The position numbers were made by a program, and so were the translations under genes. Source: Podarcis erhardii (lineage: Eukaryota). From it: a stretch of 64,000 bases of DNA. The notes under the pieces were generated by a model. The model searched no databases. It was not told the DNA's origin and worked only from the letters and a program-made list of their open reading frames with translations. The stretch is from the NCBI GenBank assembly GCA_964252035.1, contig OZ176200.1; one strand, written 5' to 3'. The number at the start of each line of letters is the position of its first letter. The stretch's first letter is position 1. This document shows, in pieces, positions 26,226 to 38,900 of the stretch.

Positions 26226-26867
26226 ACACCATCCTAAACCCCTAAGATGGTCTGAAAGTAAAGGATCCAAACAATGGAGCAGCTTAATGACAGGATTGTG
26301 CAGCTTGTAAAGCTCTGCAACCTCTTTTCACTTCCAGACCTGCTGCAGTGACAGGCAAGAGCTCTCGATTAAGCCAGGAGGAATGCATTGGGGAGAGCCA
26401 CAAGCCCTTCCATGTACACTGTGGTCTTGTTGGCTTCCTAGCCGGTTACCAGCTGGGCCCACGTTATGTGCATCTACAACTTCCCTCTTAGATGTTCAGA
26501 CCATCCCAAAATCCTTGTATGTCAAGATACACATTTTGATATCAGCAGCACACCAGGGTTTGTGTACCATAAAAGCAAACAGTGCTGTTCTCAAAAAAGC
26601 AGCATCTTCCTATCAGTTCAGAGGACTGGCTTAAGAGCACAAGATAAAACACTTGTATGAGTTGACAAGAATCAACATTGCACCTTGTGGGGAGAAGTGA
26701 GGAAAGCCATTTCACAAACACAGGTGCCATTTTAAAATTAGAGCTTCTGAAACGGGGGGTGGGGGGAGAATTTGTGTGATAGTCTGAGTACCTGCACTTT
26801 AGAAAACACATTACCTTGAAATACAGGTATTTTACCTTGGATGACTGTGAGAACGCTGGTGCATGTA

Positions 26868-27109
26868 CAGTGGTACCTCGGGTTACATACGCTTCAGGTT
26901 ACATACGCTTCAGGTTACAGACTCTGCTCACCCAGAAATAGTGCTTCAGGTTAAGAACTTTGCTTCAGGATGAGAACAGAAATCGTGCTCCAGCGGCGCG
27001 GCAGCAGCAGGAGGCGCCATTAGCTAAAGTGGTGCTTCAGGTTAAGAACAGTTTCAGGTTAAGTACGGACCTCCGGAACGAATTAAGTACTTAACCTGAG
27101 GTACCACTG
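26868..27109. mobile_element. Tc1/mariner MITE, 242 bp
   Basis: TIRs CAGTGGTACCTC...GAGGTACCACTG, TA TSD. Confidence 0.92.
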
Positions 27110-27333
27110 TATATGGACATGGAATATGAATGTAAATGCTCCTTTTTAAAAGGTGTGTTCCTCCTCATATAAGTCAGATTTAGAAATATCCACATTAATG
27201 GAACCAGCCTGAAAGAATGGCATGTTACATATATCCTAGGTCTTCATGAGGATGAAGTCAGCTGAAAGGTTTTGCATCCACTGAAGGGAACATCCACAAC
27301 ATCTGTGAAAATAATGCCTGTGAAAATAAGCGA

Positions 27334-27467
27334 GGGGGAACCTGTGGCCCTCCAGATGATGTTGGACTACAACTCCCATCATCCCTGACAATTAGTCATG
27401 CTGGCAGAGGCTCATATGGAAGTTGGAGTCCAGCAACATCTGGAAGGTCACAGGTGCCCCATCCCTA
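27334..27467. mobile_element. Abundant ~130-bp palindromic hAT-like MITE, degenerate copy
   Basis: CCTCCAGATG...ACTACAACTCCCATCATCCCTGAC...GGAGTCC..CAACATCTGG. Further degenerate copies near 36980-37110, 51905-52000, 54830-54935 and 63600-63728. Confidence 0.75.
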
Positions 27468-30390
27468 GACTAGCCTATGCAGCAAAGTTTTTATTTTGAA
27501 AGGTGTATTTGATTAGTATCCCATTTGGTGGTATTCTACCATAAGATACAACTATGCAGATTTACTCCCAACTAGTTCCTTTAATCTCTGTGATTCTTAG
27601 AATCTCCATTAAGTGTGTGAGACAACTCATTTCTCATATGCATACAATTTTGAGCTGCAGTATGCAACTGGGAGTCAGACATGCACAATTTCCACAGTCA
27701 TACACTACATATCTGCTCTCATGAGTTTCTAAATACATGAATGATGAGGGTTCAGAAATGGTCAAAACTGGAAGCTGCCTCCTTGAAGTTTTGTAAGGGC
27801 AAAACTCTTTAGAAAGAAAAGTCTGATCCCCAAGATTCTCAGTTTCCACTGTTTATTTTATTTTATTGTCATTATAGAAAGAGCTTGGCCACTAGTGGCT
27901 CCCCTTCCTGAAGAATGCATGTCAGGAGCAAGGATGAGAAGATGACAGGATATGTCCCTTCTGCATCCTAATCAGAAAAGCTGGACAATAGCCCTGTCAC
28001 CTGAAAGTTGTTCTGTCTAAGAGAGAAGGGCTAAGTGCAAGATAGCATTTGCATGTAGTGGAACATTAATATGTTTAGACTCTATGGGGGAGGGAAAAGA
28101 TGAAACCAAGTTTGGAGGGAATCTGAAATAGAGAAGTGGTGGACATGGAAACACAATCATCACCCCTACTTTGTAAATCCTCTCCTCCCAAAGCAGCTTT
28201 TCTTTATTGGGGTTTTATTACATGCAGAGATAGTTAGGCCTAAGTCTATGAATGGAGTCCCTAAATGCATGAGTGATAGCTGGAAAGAGCTCGCTCTGCA
28301 AAGAGCGTTGGCTGAGATTTAACTAGCCCACTTGGCATTCTGTTTGTTTTTAACAGGTTAACTTTTGACATATCAGAATGAAATTCAGTATACACACTTA
28401 GGGCAAATCTACAATTTACATTGGAATGCCAGCTCAATGCTCAACAGCTGTTTCCAAAGGGAAAGGTGGGAAGGAAACACAAAATATATTGCAATGTCAC
28501 ATCTGCTCTGGAGACTGAGATATTGGAAATAAAGCTGATGTGCACTTTTAGGACACCATTCCACTTCACAAGTTTGAACCCTAGCTTAAGACCCACGCCC
28601 ATTTTTATTAGCTCCAAACCCATTTTCAAGGCAGCCAGGAAATAAAAACTATGGCTTGCACCCCTCTGTTGCAGTCAAGAGAAGCAGAATGTTTTAAAAG
28701 TGGAAGTGAAGGTTTCCCAGAGTTTGTGCTAACTGTGGTTTGCTGTTATGCCTGAATTCACAGACCACTGACAAGCCACAGGGACAGCCACTGCTCAGTC
28801 TCTCAAGAGGCTGCAGCACCACAGGGACAAGAGCAAACGGATGAGGCTGAGTCCTAAGCAGCAAGGAAACAAAAGGAGGGAGCCACCAGCTAAAAAAGTT
28901 GGTTTGCCTGTCATACAGTCAGAAGCTCAAATTATAGTGTGGATTGTTAACTATGATTAGCACCAACCATGGGTGGTTTTGCAACCATGCCTGAACCCAA
29001 CCACTGTAGTACCGTATCTCCCTTGAACAAAAGAAAACAGACTGTAATTTGGATAAAATGGGGAGGGAAAGAACCATGTGTACCACCTTGAACTCATTGG
29101 AGGAAAGATGAGATATAAATGCAATAATAAGTAAAAGCTTTGCATTTGAAATTCAAATTCCTGCTCAAGCCCTACACCTGGGTTGCAGATTTGTTTTGTT
29201 TTTTTAAAAAAGGATGGAGTAGGAGAAAAGATCTATAATAGGCAAATGTGATAGCCTCTGAAACACAAATAGAAGTGTGAAGGATTTAGGCAAGAGACTG
29301 AAACATGCTCCCACCTCACCTCATTCTTGTTGAGGCCAAGCCAGGGTCATGGGTGGCCATACCAGAATCAGAGCAGGCCCTGACCAGCAGGCAGAGTGAG
29401 GTGGTTCCATCAGACAACAGGCGCCAAGGGATGAGGGAGGTATCTTAGAGGATGTGGCTTGCTTTGTGTAGCCTAAGTTAGCCTGATGCCCTCAGGTGTA
29501 ATGGTTTCAGTTCTTCTGAACAAACCGCAAGCCGAAAACCATAGGACAGACCTTGGTTACAGCTTGTGCTTAGGCTGGGAAGTGCTAAACTGTGAGCCCA
29601 GGTTTGGACAAAATGCTAAGCCAAGACAGCACGGCGCAGCCGCAGAACTGGGGAGGAGCAAAGTGGTCCTGATCTCCTCTCCCACTTGCATGTTTGTGTT
29701 GAGCCATGTGTGGTGTGGCTTAGTGTGACATGCAAACTGGGACACACTCTTGCTCCTTCCATTTTTATTGTTTAAATCACTGATACCTTGAAAATGTTCC
29801 CAAGTCTCAATTATGTCCACACAAGACCTCTATGAAATTAGGAAGATATGACCAAGTGCTGCTAGATTACTAAGCAAATGCTGCACCACTGAGGGACTTT
29901 AAAGTGAAAATTTTACAAATGCATATGGATCGTTCAATAATTGCCATATCAGGCACTGGTCTGCAGCTGTGAAATTGCCTTTAACAATCACTACACAGCT
30001 TTCATATCACCTGGCATCACCTTATTAATCCTATTTCTCATTGGGGGCTGCTCATACATTCAGCTGCAGGTCACCAAGTACTGTACAAACCTGTGCGAAT
30101 CAACCCTAAGTTACATTTGAATCAAGGTGGGCTTTACAGGAAGATTCCTCCTTTAGGAACAAATACTATCCTGACTATCGCAATCACAAGAAACTATAAA
30201 CAGGAATCATCATCTTAGAAATAGAAGCAATCAGGTGCTGGTTACCCTAATGCAAGAACATTAAACAGCACAGTGGATCACCACGACCACCATGTTTTAA
30301 ATCAAGAGTTTCCTAATGGCATGCATGCCAAGATCATCCACACAGAATGTACACCAGTACAAACATTATACAGGTCAACAAGGTCAACAA

Positions 30391-30526
30391 CAGGCATAGG
30401 CAAACTTGGCCCTCCAGATGTTTTAGGACTACAACTCCCACCATCCCTAGCTAATAGGACCAGTGGTCAGGGATGATGGGAATTGTAGTCTCAAAACATC
30501 TGGAGGGCCGAGTTTGCCTGTGCCTG
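30391..30526. mobile_element. hAT MITE, 136 bp
   Basis: TIRs CAGGCATAGGCAAACT...AGTTTGCCTGTGCCTG and a perfect 8-bp TSD GTCAACAA. Confidence 0.9.
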
Positions 30527-33319
30527 GTCAACAAGTTGTAAAAAATATGGGGAATCTGTCTTGTCATCCATTATGGAAAGTATAGAATATCTAGGTATTC
30601 TAGGCATGTTCCTGAATATATGAACACTCAAATGGTGGACAATGATAGGGACATTGATGCAGACCCCAGCCTCATGCACTTTGCACCTACCCACCTTTCA
30701 GTCCCAACCATCTCCATGTTGAGTGAAGAAGTTCTGCAGACATCCTTCTACTAGCATTTGCTTCAATGCAATTGGGATCCTGCTTTATCTGGCTCCCAGC
30801 CGTGCAGAGTAAATGAGTGAAAGCTCCCCTGAAGACCTTCTCTGCTCAACAAGGGGATATTGGGGAATGGTGCACACAGAAGACACTAAGGGCATGGCTT
30901 GCATATGCATCCCTGCCTCCCATCTACAGATACAGAGTTCACAGACAAATGCCCTGGACATACCTGTAGTTTTGCACAGAGCAGGTATTCCAGCATAGTC
31001 TATGCAACAGCTCAGGTTTTGCATGAGGTTTTGCTACCTGTAACTGTTTGAGTGACCAGTGGGAACTTGGGGACCCAGGGAATGGCCTGGAAACACCAGG
31101 CACTGTAGCTGTTGTCAAGCTTCTTAACCATCTGGATGGCAACCACCTGGGATGCCATGAAAGATTAGGATACACATAAAATAAATAATTTTCAGAAAAC
31201 AAACATAGTCAGAGTGACCAATTCTATTTTGGAAATTAGCATCTCTCTTTCTCGTACAAATTTCTGAGAATTTTCCATACCAAATAGTATCATGCCTCCA
31301 CCACATGCTCATAACGGAGCTCACCTTCCCCTAAATGTCAACCACCAAACTGAGGTATGCATGGAAAACTGTTCATTAAAAATACATTAAAAAAAGAAAG
31401 AACAGCTTCTGAACATTTCTGACAGCTGCTAAGTGCTTGGAACAAAAGGCAAAGACATAGGTAGCCCAAATAACAATGAAATGGTCTCAAAAGTAGTTAT
31501 TACTTAAACATGAACACATGTAAGCATACATGAGCATTGTGTGTGTATAATATTCACACATATATTTCATTACTTGTATCTGGGGACTCCCCACCCCCTC
31601 TGCTGTTTTAAATACCCAGTCCAGGCTTCCTTCTAATCAAGCATAACATTGGGATGAATTTGGAAATAATGGACAAAACAAATTTAGGGGGGAAGCCACC
31701 ATGCCACCTTCTTAAAAGTATTCATTCTACACATGAATGAGGTAGCGCAACACAGGCCTAGTACTGAACTTGACAGGCCTGGTTTTTATAAGGCCTGCTG
31801 CAGTAAAGCATAACTGTACTAGTCCTGATTCATTCTGATACACTCATTTTACAATGTGCGAGTCGCATCAGCAGCACAGGGTCTTTAGCTTACAGATCTG
31901 CCTGCCACAAACCAGAAAGCAAGTACAGTACGCCTCCTTATGCTTTTCATATGCTCATCGCCAGCTGAGCGTTTGGGCTGAGCTGCTTGGCTTCCCATCA
32001 ACCAGAACAGCTCAGAATCTTTTTCTTAACTTCAAGTGTATTCTGGGCAAGACACATGCACATATTCATACTGAACTTTGCTTTAAAAATTCCCCCACTA
32101 TTGCTCTCTTCCCTGAGTTCCTTCCGACTCACCCCTGCAGATTACCACTTCTGCGTGAGAGAGCTCAACTTTTACTGAACTGAAAGCTGTACGTTCTGCT
32201 TCAGCATAGGCTGCAAACACGCTTTTCTTCTGGCATTATAACTGACCATTTTCATCGTGTTTCCCTACCCCTGCCTTGAAGTGAACGGTAATACTTAATT
32301 TCCAACATATACCCTCCTATTAAAGAGAGAGATAGGTGTAGTACCAACCACATTACTCCAGCTAACAATCCAAGGAGCTGGTCCCCTGTGATTGTGTTTG
32401 GTTCTTTTTGAGAGGCAATAGCCGATCCCCATGACCACCAGCATGCTAGGGAAATGCAGGACCACAGGCCATACAGCCTGGCCCTTAGTCCATCTAGCTC
32501 ACTGTTTACAATCACTGGCAGAAGTTCTCCAGGATTTCAGATGGGATCATTTCCAGCTTACCTGAAGATGCCAGGAATTGGAGCTGGGATGATCTGCATG
32601 TGAAGCAGATTTTCTATCATTGAACTACTGTGGGGTGGAGGGTGTAGAATGAGAGAGATATACCTGTTGAGTGTGGGACGAGATTTTAGAATGTGTAACA
32701 CATCCATTTCAAGCATCTTACTTGGAACCCTTGCCGTTCCCCCTCTTTTCCCTTTGACAAGCAAACCACATCTGGAGATGTAAGAAAGTTTGTATTGTTA
32801 CTATTATTATTTGGATATGCCCCCTAGGGAAGGAGAAGGCACAGATTCCCCCCCCCCCACACACACACATACACACATTGCTACTGGAGGTGAGGAGAAA
32901 AAGTACTCGTTCCCAACACATCATCATCCAATATAAGCAAGTCTGGCAGTGGCCTGGCAAAGAGAGAGAGAATGTACAGGCTGCACAGAAATATAATAGA
33001 AATACTCGTCATACATCTGAAACATTAATAGAACATGCCACTCAGTGGTTTGGGCCTTAAGGGAGGGGGACTATGTCATACCATCACTCACTTTGCAGGC
33101 AATCTCAAGTAGGTTGCGCACTGACACTTGTACAGTCACACTTTGCATGGCAGCTACAACAGCCAAGAAAGTGCTATCTGGAGGAATAATACCCTTCAAG
33201 CTATAAAAATGTGGCATATATGTGGCATACACACACACACACACCCCACATACATATATATACATGCAATCATGAGGGAATATGTTTTGTTTGTGTATAA
33301 GCAGCTGGCAGACCCATTA

Positions 33320-33561
33320 CAGTGGTACCTCAGGTTAAGTACTTAATTCATTCCGAAGGTCTGTTCTTAACCTGAAACTGCTCTTAACCTGAAGCATTAC
33401 TTTAGCTAATGGGGCCTCCTGCTGCTGTCGCGCTGCCGGAGAACAATTTCTGTTCTCATCCTGAAGCAAAGTTCTTAACCTGAAGCACTATTTCTGGGTT
33501 AGCAGAGTGTGTAACCTGAAGCATATGTAACCTGAAGCGTATGTAACCCGAGGTACCACTG
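33320..33561. mobile_element. Tc1/mariner MITE, 242 bp, opposite orientation to the 1445 copy
   Basis: TIRs, TA TSD, and an internal sequence that is the reverse complement of the 1445 family. Confidence 0.92.
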
Positions 33562-34894
33562 TATACAGATCTTCTGTCAAACAGTAAGACCAAATTATAA
33601 ACAATTGTCTTTGTTTTGCATGTTTTGTGTTCCTTCTCTCATTCATCCTCACAGCAATCTGAAACGATGGCCCATTATTCCCTCTGTATTTCAAGTGGGG
33701 CAACTGTGTCTGAAAGAGGGAGATAAGTCTTAGACCATCCAACAAACTAGCACTGGACAGTATGTGGATCCCCAGTGTACTCAACTCAAGCCAAGGCACT
33801 TTCCCCCACTGAACTGCACCAGCAAGCACCTTGTCTATCCCCACTTATAAGTGGTTGTATATTTCTGACATATTTCAGGCATTGTAGCCACCTGCCCAGG
33901 CAATGTAATGCTACAATTCCAAATCAATGCTGAACTAAAAAAGCATTTCTCATGGTTTCCAAAGAAAATTTTAACTCTATATATAAAAGGTAGCTTGTAG
34001 GAAAAACGGTTCCCTGGAAAGTGACCTGGCAGGTCAAGAAAATACTCAGCGTAAGGAAATAACCTGCCGTAGGCAGAAATATCGGTTTTTAAAAAACAGC
34101 ACCATGAGTTTCTAAAACTGAATTGAAAGAGCATTTTAACAGTAAATTCTCCCCCTCTAGCTTCCCCCATCAGAAGAGGAACAGTGGAGTATTTCATTTT
34201 AGACATTTCAGAGTCTTCCCCCTCTCCAAACTATCCTAACCATAAAAATAAATTATGAGCATTTGAGTCAACATGTAGACATGACAGAGTTATCAGCAAG
34301 AGCCTGTGGAGAATCACACTGACAGAGAGGAGCAAAGTCTAATCTGAAGAGAGATACAGGATCTTATCCATTCTCATGTGGCTATCGCATCACTGGCCAT
34401 ATACGTCTGCATTGACGCATACACTGTTTTATGTTATAATCTGTGTATTTTATGCTTTGGCTATAAAACCTTATGTAACACATTCCTGCTTAATATGGAA
34501 CAGCGTGTACATTGTTGTGGCAATCTCAGCAGATTTCTCTCCGTCTTGGGGAAATGTTGCCCCTCGAGGACTCTTTTAAATCATGGAGGGGTGGTGGGGA
34601 CAGGGGGGGATATAAAATAAAACATGCCCATCATAGCAAGGATCATAGGTTTCTAGTCTCTGCTGTCAACTTTTTGCAGTCCATATTTAATTGGTCTCAG
34701 ACTGTTACAGGCTTTAGGATTCCCAGTGCTCAATTCTGGCAAAATACAAATGGCTTCTGCTAGCAGGAAAGCTATCCTGACTTGGGGGAGTACCATCTAT
34801 TAAGGGGTAGCATATCCTAAATAATAATGAGATGGCAAGATTGGCAATCATGACACCTCAGCCTCCATTCACAGCATGCTGAAAGCTCGCATAC

Positions 34895-34900
34895 TGCCAT
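34895..34900 (-). CDS. CACNB4: Candidate beta4e-like two-codon (Met-Ala) alternative first coding exon of CACNB4
   Basis: The minus strand reads TTCACA-ATG-GCA|GTATGC: strong Kozak context (-3 A, +4 G), a phase-0 GT donor, about 680 nt downstream of the beta4a exon. Mammalian CACNB4 has a short-N-terminus beta4e isoform, which I recall starting Met-Ala. Confidence 0.5.
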
Positions 34901-34995
34901 TGTGAAGCTACAGGATTGTGTTACAGCAACCACTTGTACAGCTTCTTTGTTCAAGAAATTCAAATGCATCTGCACTGACCATTTGCCCAGGCAGC

Positions 34996-35000
<5 letters not shown>

Positions 35001-35057
<57 letters not shown>

Positions 35058-35058
35058 A
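35001..35058. repeat. Compound microsatellite (CT)n(CA)n
   Basis: Read directly. Confidence 0.95.
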
Positions 35059-35478
35059 TATCTTGGAGAACTTCCACCGCTCCCAATTTAAGCAAAACAT
35101 AAACTCCTGTGTTATTAGTATTCTCCTTTCTCCCCTCCCGCGGCACTTTCCCCAGCTGATGAACATATTATGCATGATAGCTACAACACCTCTCCCCATT
35201 TCGGAGCCACGAAGCATTCATGCACCCTGCCATGAGGACAGAAGTGTAGCATGTAATCAGCAAAACGGCAGCACACACACACACACAAAATGCTTCCCAG
35301 CTTTCGTCGGAAACACCTATATCTTCCCCTTCTCCTTTTTCTAAAGCTGCAGGACAAGGAATTATATAACCGAGATTAGTTCAGGTGGCTCCAGACTATA
35401 TCCATCACATTGCCAAGCAGCCCACAAAACAAAGCCTGTTTCTTTGGCGTCCCTGTCCTCCGCATACCTTGCTGTTGC

Positions 35479-35518
35479 GAGGAGGAGGAGGAGAGGAGGA
35501 GGAGGAGGAGGAGGAGGA
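35479..35518. repeat. Interrupted (GGA)n microsatellite in the intron just downstream of the beta4a donor
   Basis: Read directly. Confidence 0.93.
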
Positions 35519-35577
35519 AAGAGACCAGCAAAAGGGTGGGCTTTTAGACAAAAATAAAAAACGAACACCCCACTTAC

Positions 35578-35622
35578 CGCCTCAGAGTCTTCAAATCCAT
35601 GCAGGTACAAATTGTCATACAT
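35578..35622 (-). CDS. CACNB4: CACNB4 beta4a-type alternative first coding exon (MYDNLYLHGFEDSEA), phase 0
   Basis: The minus strand reads ATG TAT GAC AAT TTG TAC CTG CAT GGA TTT GAA GAC TCT GAG GCG followed by the canonical donor GTAAGT. From memory, it matches the human beta4a N-terminus MYDNLYLHGIEDSEA at 14/15 residues and CACNB3 (MYDDSYVPGFEDSEA) less well. An in-frame TAG lies about 54 nt upstream, so the TTG start given in the ORF track is unlikely. Confidence 0.93.
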
Positions 35623-36130
35623 GGAGGTCTGATAATCCAAAGCACCCCTTTCTCAGTGCAAAAGTGAATTCCCTACAAAAGCCACAGCTGGGATTTAAAA
35701 CGCAGGGAAAGGCCTAGACAGTAGACAGAGCAGCTCCAGCCTGCCTTGTCAATTCCTCCTCTGGATTTTCCCCCAGCCAAGATGCTATTCATTCACATCA
35801 TAGAAAGGAAGGTTATCCCTAGAGGCAACCCAGACCTGGCATTTTATCTGCCTTCCAAACACAGAGCATGAAAGCAAAACCGTTTTTCCCTCAACCAAGG
35901 GCTGATGACAGAGTCAGGAAAGAGACCGGTGATTGGCTGGGCTGCTGTGCCTCAGTCAACTCACAGAGAATTCTCTTTGATAGTGGATGACGAACAGGAG
36001 GGCTTGTGCGTTTGTAACAAGCATGTCCCCGATGATTTCTTCTCTTCAGTCTGCAATAATAATAAAAGCTCGCCAGCATTTTTGAAAAGAAAAGAAAGAG
36101 CTGAGGTGGGGGCGGATAGCTGGACAGATT
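35623..36130 (-). promoter_or_regulatory. 5' UTR and proximal promoter region of the beta4a first exon
   Basis: TE-free sequence directly upstream of the beta4a ATG. It has a CCAAT box (ATTGG on + at 35932-35936) and a GC box (GGGCGG at 36110-36115). The TSS cannot be placed from sequence alone. Confidence 0.55.
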
Positions 36131-38039
36131 TAACTACCAAATACACCCTGTGGAATAGAGAAAATAAGGGGTTCCCCCCCCCTCAAGTCCAGTCATCAAA
36201 AAAAAGGAAGCCACAGCATTTCTACCAGTAAACAGCTTCACCTTAAAAGTAAACTGCAATTTGGCAATAAATCGTTTGTTTGTTTTTTATGCAGGAGAAC
36301 AGGAGCGAGAGCACACGATGGAAACAGAGGAAGAGCTCTGCTAATTTATGCTGTTTCTATTTAGACATCCCTCCCCGCAGAATTATGTTGCTTAAGGAAG
36401 AACTGCAAAGATTTAACCATCACCACCACAGGCTTAAAGATAAAATAACCCACTTCTCTGTCTACTTCCTGGGCTTAGTTTGAATTGCCTGAGCAATATT
36501 CTTATTTGAGAGGCAAGTCGCATTTTAAAATAGGCTGCTGCAGACAAAACCTCTGAAAAATATTTTATCCCTTAAGAGAGTTATGCCCTCATTTTCTGAA
36601 GAACCCCAAATTTTCTAATATTTTAGGGGGGGGAATACCAGCTGCACGCAGCCAAATTTGAAACCTCTGTCCTTTCTCACTCATTGGAATAAGCAGAGTT
36701 TGCAAAGTGCATGTTACAATTCTCCTCAGAACCACAAGCAAGTGGCCAAGAGAAGGAGGTGCATTTCGTCAAAGGGCAGGAGCAATAATTTTGCACATGT
36801 TCACTCAGAAATAAATTCCAATGAGCTGAATAAGAGATAATCCCCAGTAAGTATGTTCCAGCTTGTAGACTCTGGCTTCTGAAGACCTGGAGTTCAAAAG
36901 CATTGCTTTCAAAAAAAGAAGTTGAGGCATACAGACCACCAGTGGTTATTACAGAACAGAAAAATATACGGCAGTGGTGAGGAATCTGTGGTCCTACAGA
37001 TGTTGCTGGACTCTGACTCCCATCAGCCCTAAACACCACAGCCAATGGTCATGGATAATAGGAGCTGGAGCCCAGCAAAACATGGGAGTCCACAGACTTC
37101 CCATTCCTGGAATACTGTAGAAGATTTGGAGCATTGTACTGTAAATGGGTGTCAAAATTGAGATAGTTCTGTGAGACTTGCGACCAATTTTATAAGAGTT
37201 ATAAGCACAATAACATTCTTTACACGTGACTAATCAGTTGTGCAAAAGTTGGTCCACGGAATACAGCTTCTACACCCTAAAGTGTTCACATACCACTGGT
37301 GCTAAGGAACAAATTTTAGATGGAAGGTCTCACCAGTAGACCTCTCACTTTGATATTCAAGATCTCTGGTTTAATCCCTGGCCTCTCCCAGTAGGGTAGG
37401 GGAAAGTTCCTGCCTAAAACCCTTACAAAGTGTTCCCAGTCAACGAAAGTGCTAACCTAGATGGAATAATGGTCTGGCTTAGCGTAAGACAGCTTCCTCT
37501 GTTTCTAAAGAGGGCCACATACACAACTTGTTGTCGCTGTTTTCATCTGTGTTCTACTTAATAGAGAACACTCACCTATTTGAAAAGCTGTCCGGTGCAA
37601 TTTCAGTTTTAAAAGAGAGATAAAAGAAGAGATATCAGGGGCCTTGAAGCTTCTCATCGATAGTTAGCACATGGCAGATCTTAAATTATAGTAACAGTTT
37701 CTAAATTATCATCTATACAGATGAATTAGCAGAGAGAACATATAAAATAGGAACAGATAAAGAGCAGGGGAAAAACAAACATTAAAAAACAAACATTTTC
37801 AAAATTAAAACTATTTATAAATATCATACCCTTCACGAGGGCTGTCCCTAACCAATGCCTGTTATTATCTCTAGGGTTGGTAACCATACACCTTTAAGTC
37901 AGGTAGAGCTACCACCAGCCCCAGTTATTCTACTGGAAGTCTCCTCAGAATGAAAATAGTTGGTTATCCACCCTACTTAACTCTGTTGTCAGTAATACCA
38001 AAACAAGGCAAAGGTTTTGGTAACCATGGCATCCACAAG

Positions 38040-38442
38040 CATAAAAACATGAGAAGAGCCTGCTGGATCAAGCCATATGCCCATCTAGCCCAGCACCTTG
38101 TTCTCAGTGGCCAACCAGGTGTCCATGGGAAGTCCACAAGCGGAACCTTAGCACAATTTGCATTCTTCCTACCTGCAGTTCTCAGCAACTGATATTTAAA
38201 GACATATTGGCTCTGACAGTGGAGATGCAACGTAGTCTACATGGCTAGTAGCCACTGATACCCCTTATCCTCCGTGAATTCGTCTAACCCTCTTTTGAAG
38301 CAACCCAAATTAATGGCTATCACTGCCTCTTGTGAAAGCAAATTCCATAGCTTAACTATGTGATGTGTGGAGAAGTGCTTTCTTTTGTTTGCCCTGAATC
38401 TTCCAACATTCAGCTTCATTGGATGTTCCCAGGTTCTAGCAT

Positions 38443-38479
<37 letters not shown>

Positions 38480-38900
38480 AATACTGTATGCCTCTTCTAA
38501 AAAGCCCCAAATAATGGGAACTTGCTCCATCCTTTTGATCGCCTTTTTCTGAACTCTTCCAGCAATACAATATCCTTTTTGAGGTGAGGTGATTAGAACT
38601 GTACACAGTATTCCAAGTGCACCATAGATTTATATAATGGCATTATCATATTAGTAGTGTTATTTTCAGTTCCTTTCCTAATGATCCCTGACATGGAATT
38701 TGACTTTTTCACAGCTGCCACACATTGCGTTGACACCTTTCTTGAGCTATCTACGAAGACCTGAAGGTCTCAATCCTGGTTAGTCACCACCAGCTCAGAC
38801 ACCATGAGCATATAGGTAAAATTAAGATTCCTGCCCCCAATGAGCATCACTTTATACTTGCTTACACTGAATTGCACTTGCCATTTTGCTCCCAGTTTAT
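38040..38900 (-). mobile_element. CR1 LINE 3' fragment containing a (GA)n microsatellite (about 38448-38475)
   Basis: The minus-strand remnant reads HPMKLNVGRFRANKRKHFST..VKLWNLL.QEAV.A.NL..FKRGLD.F, typical of the CR1 ORF2 C-terminus, followed by the CR1 3' UTR. Confidence 0.88.

Noticed and set aside
32558-32764. 68-aa minus-strand ORF (MLVKGK...MDVLHILK...)
   Set aside because: Both nearby donors fall in phase 2 of this frame, and there is no recognisable homology.
35225-35240. Second ATG-GCA candidate for the Met-Ala exon
   Set aside because: The next GT is in phase 2 (ATG GCA GG|GT), so it is out of frame with the common exon.
35362-35640. 92-aa ORF starting at TTG (MDYQTSMYDNLY...)
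   Set aside because: Only the 15 codons from ATG to the GTAAGT donor are exonic. The rest is intron read-through, including poly-Pro from the (GGA)n repeat.
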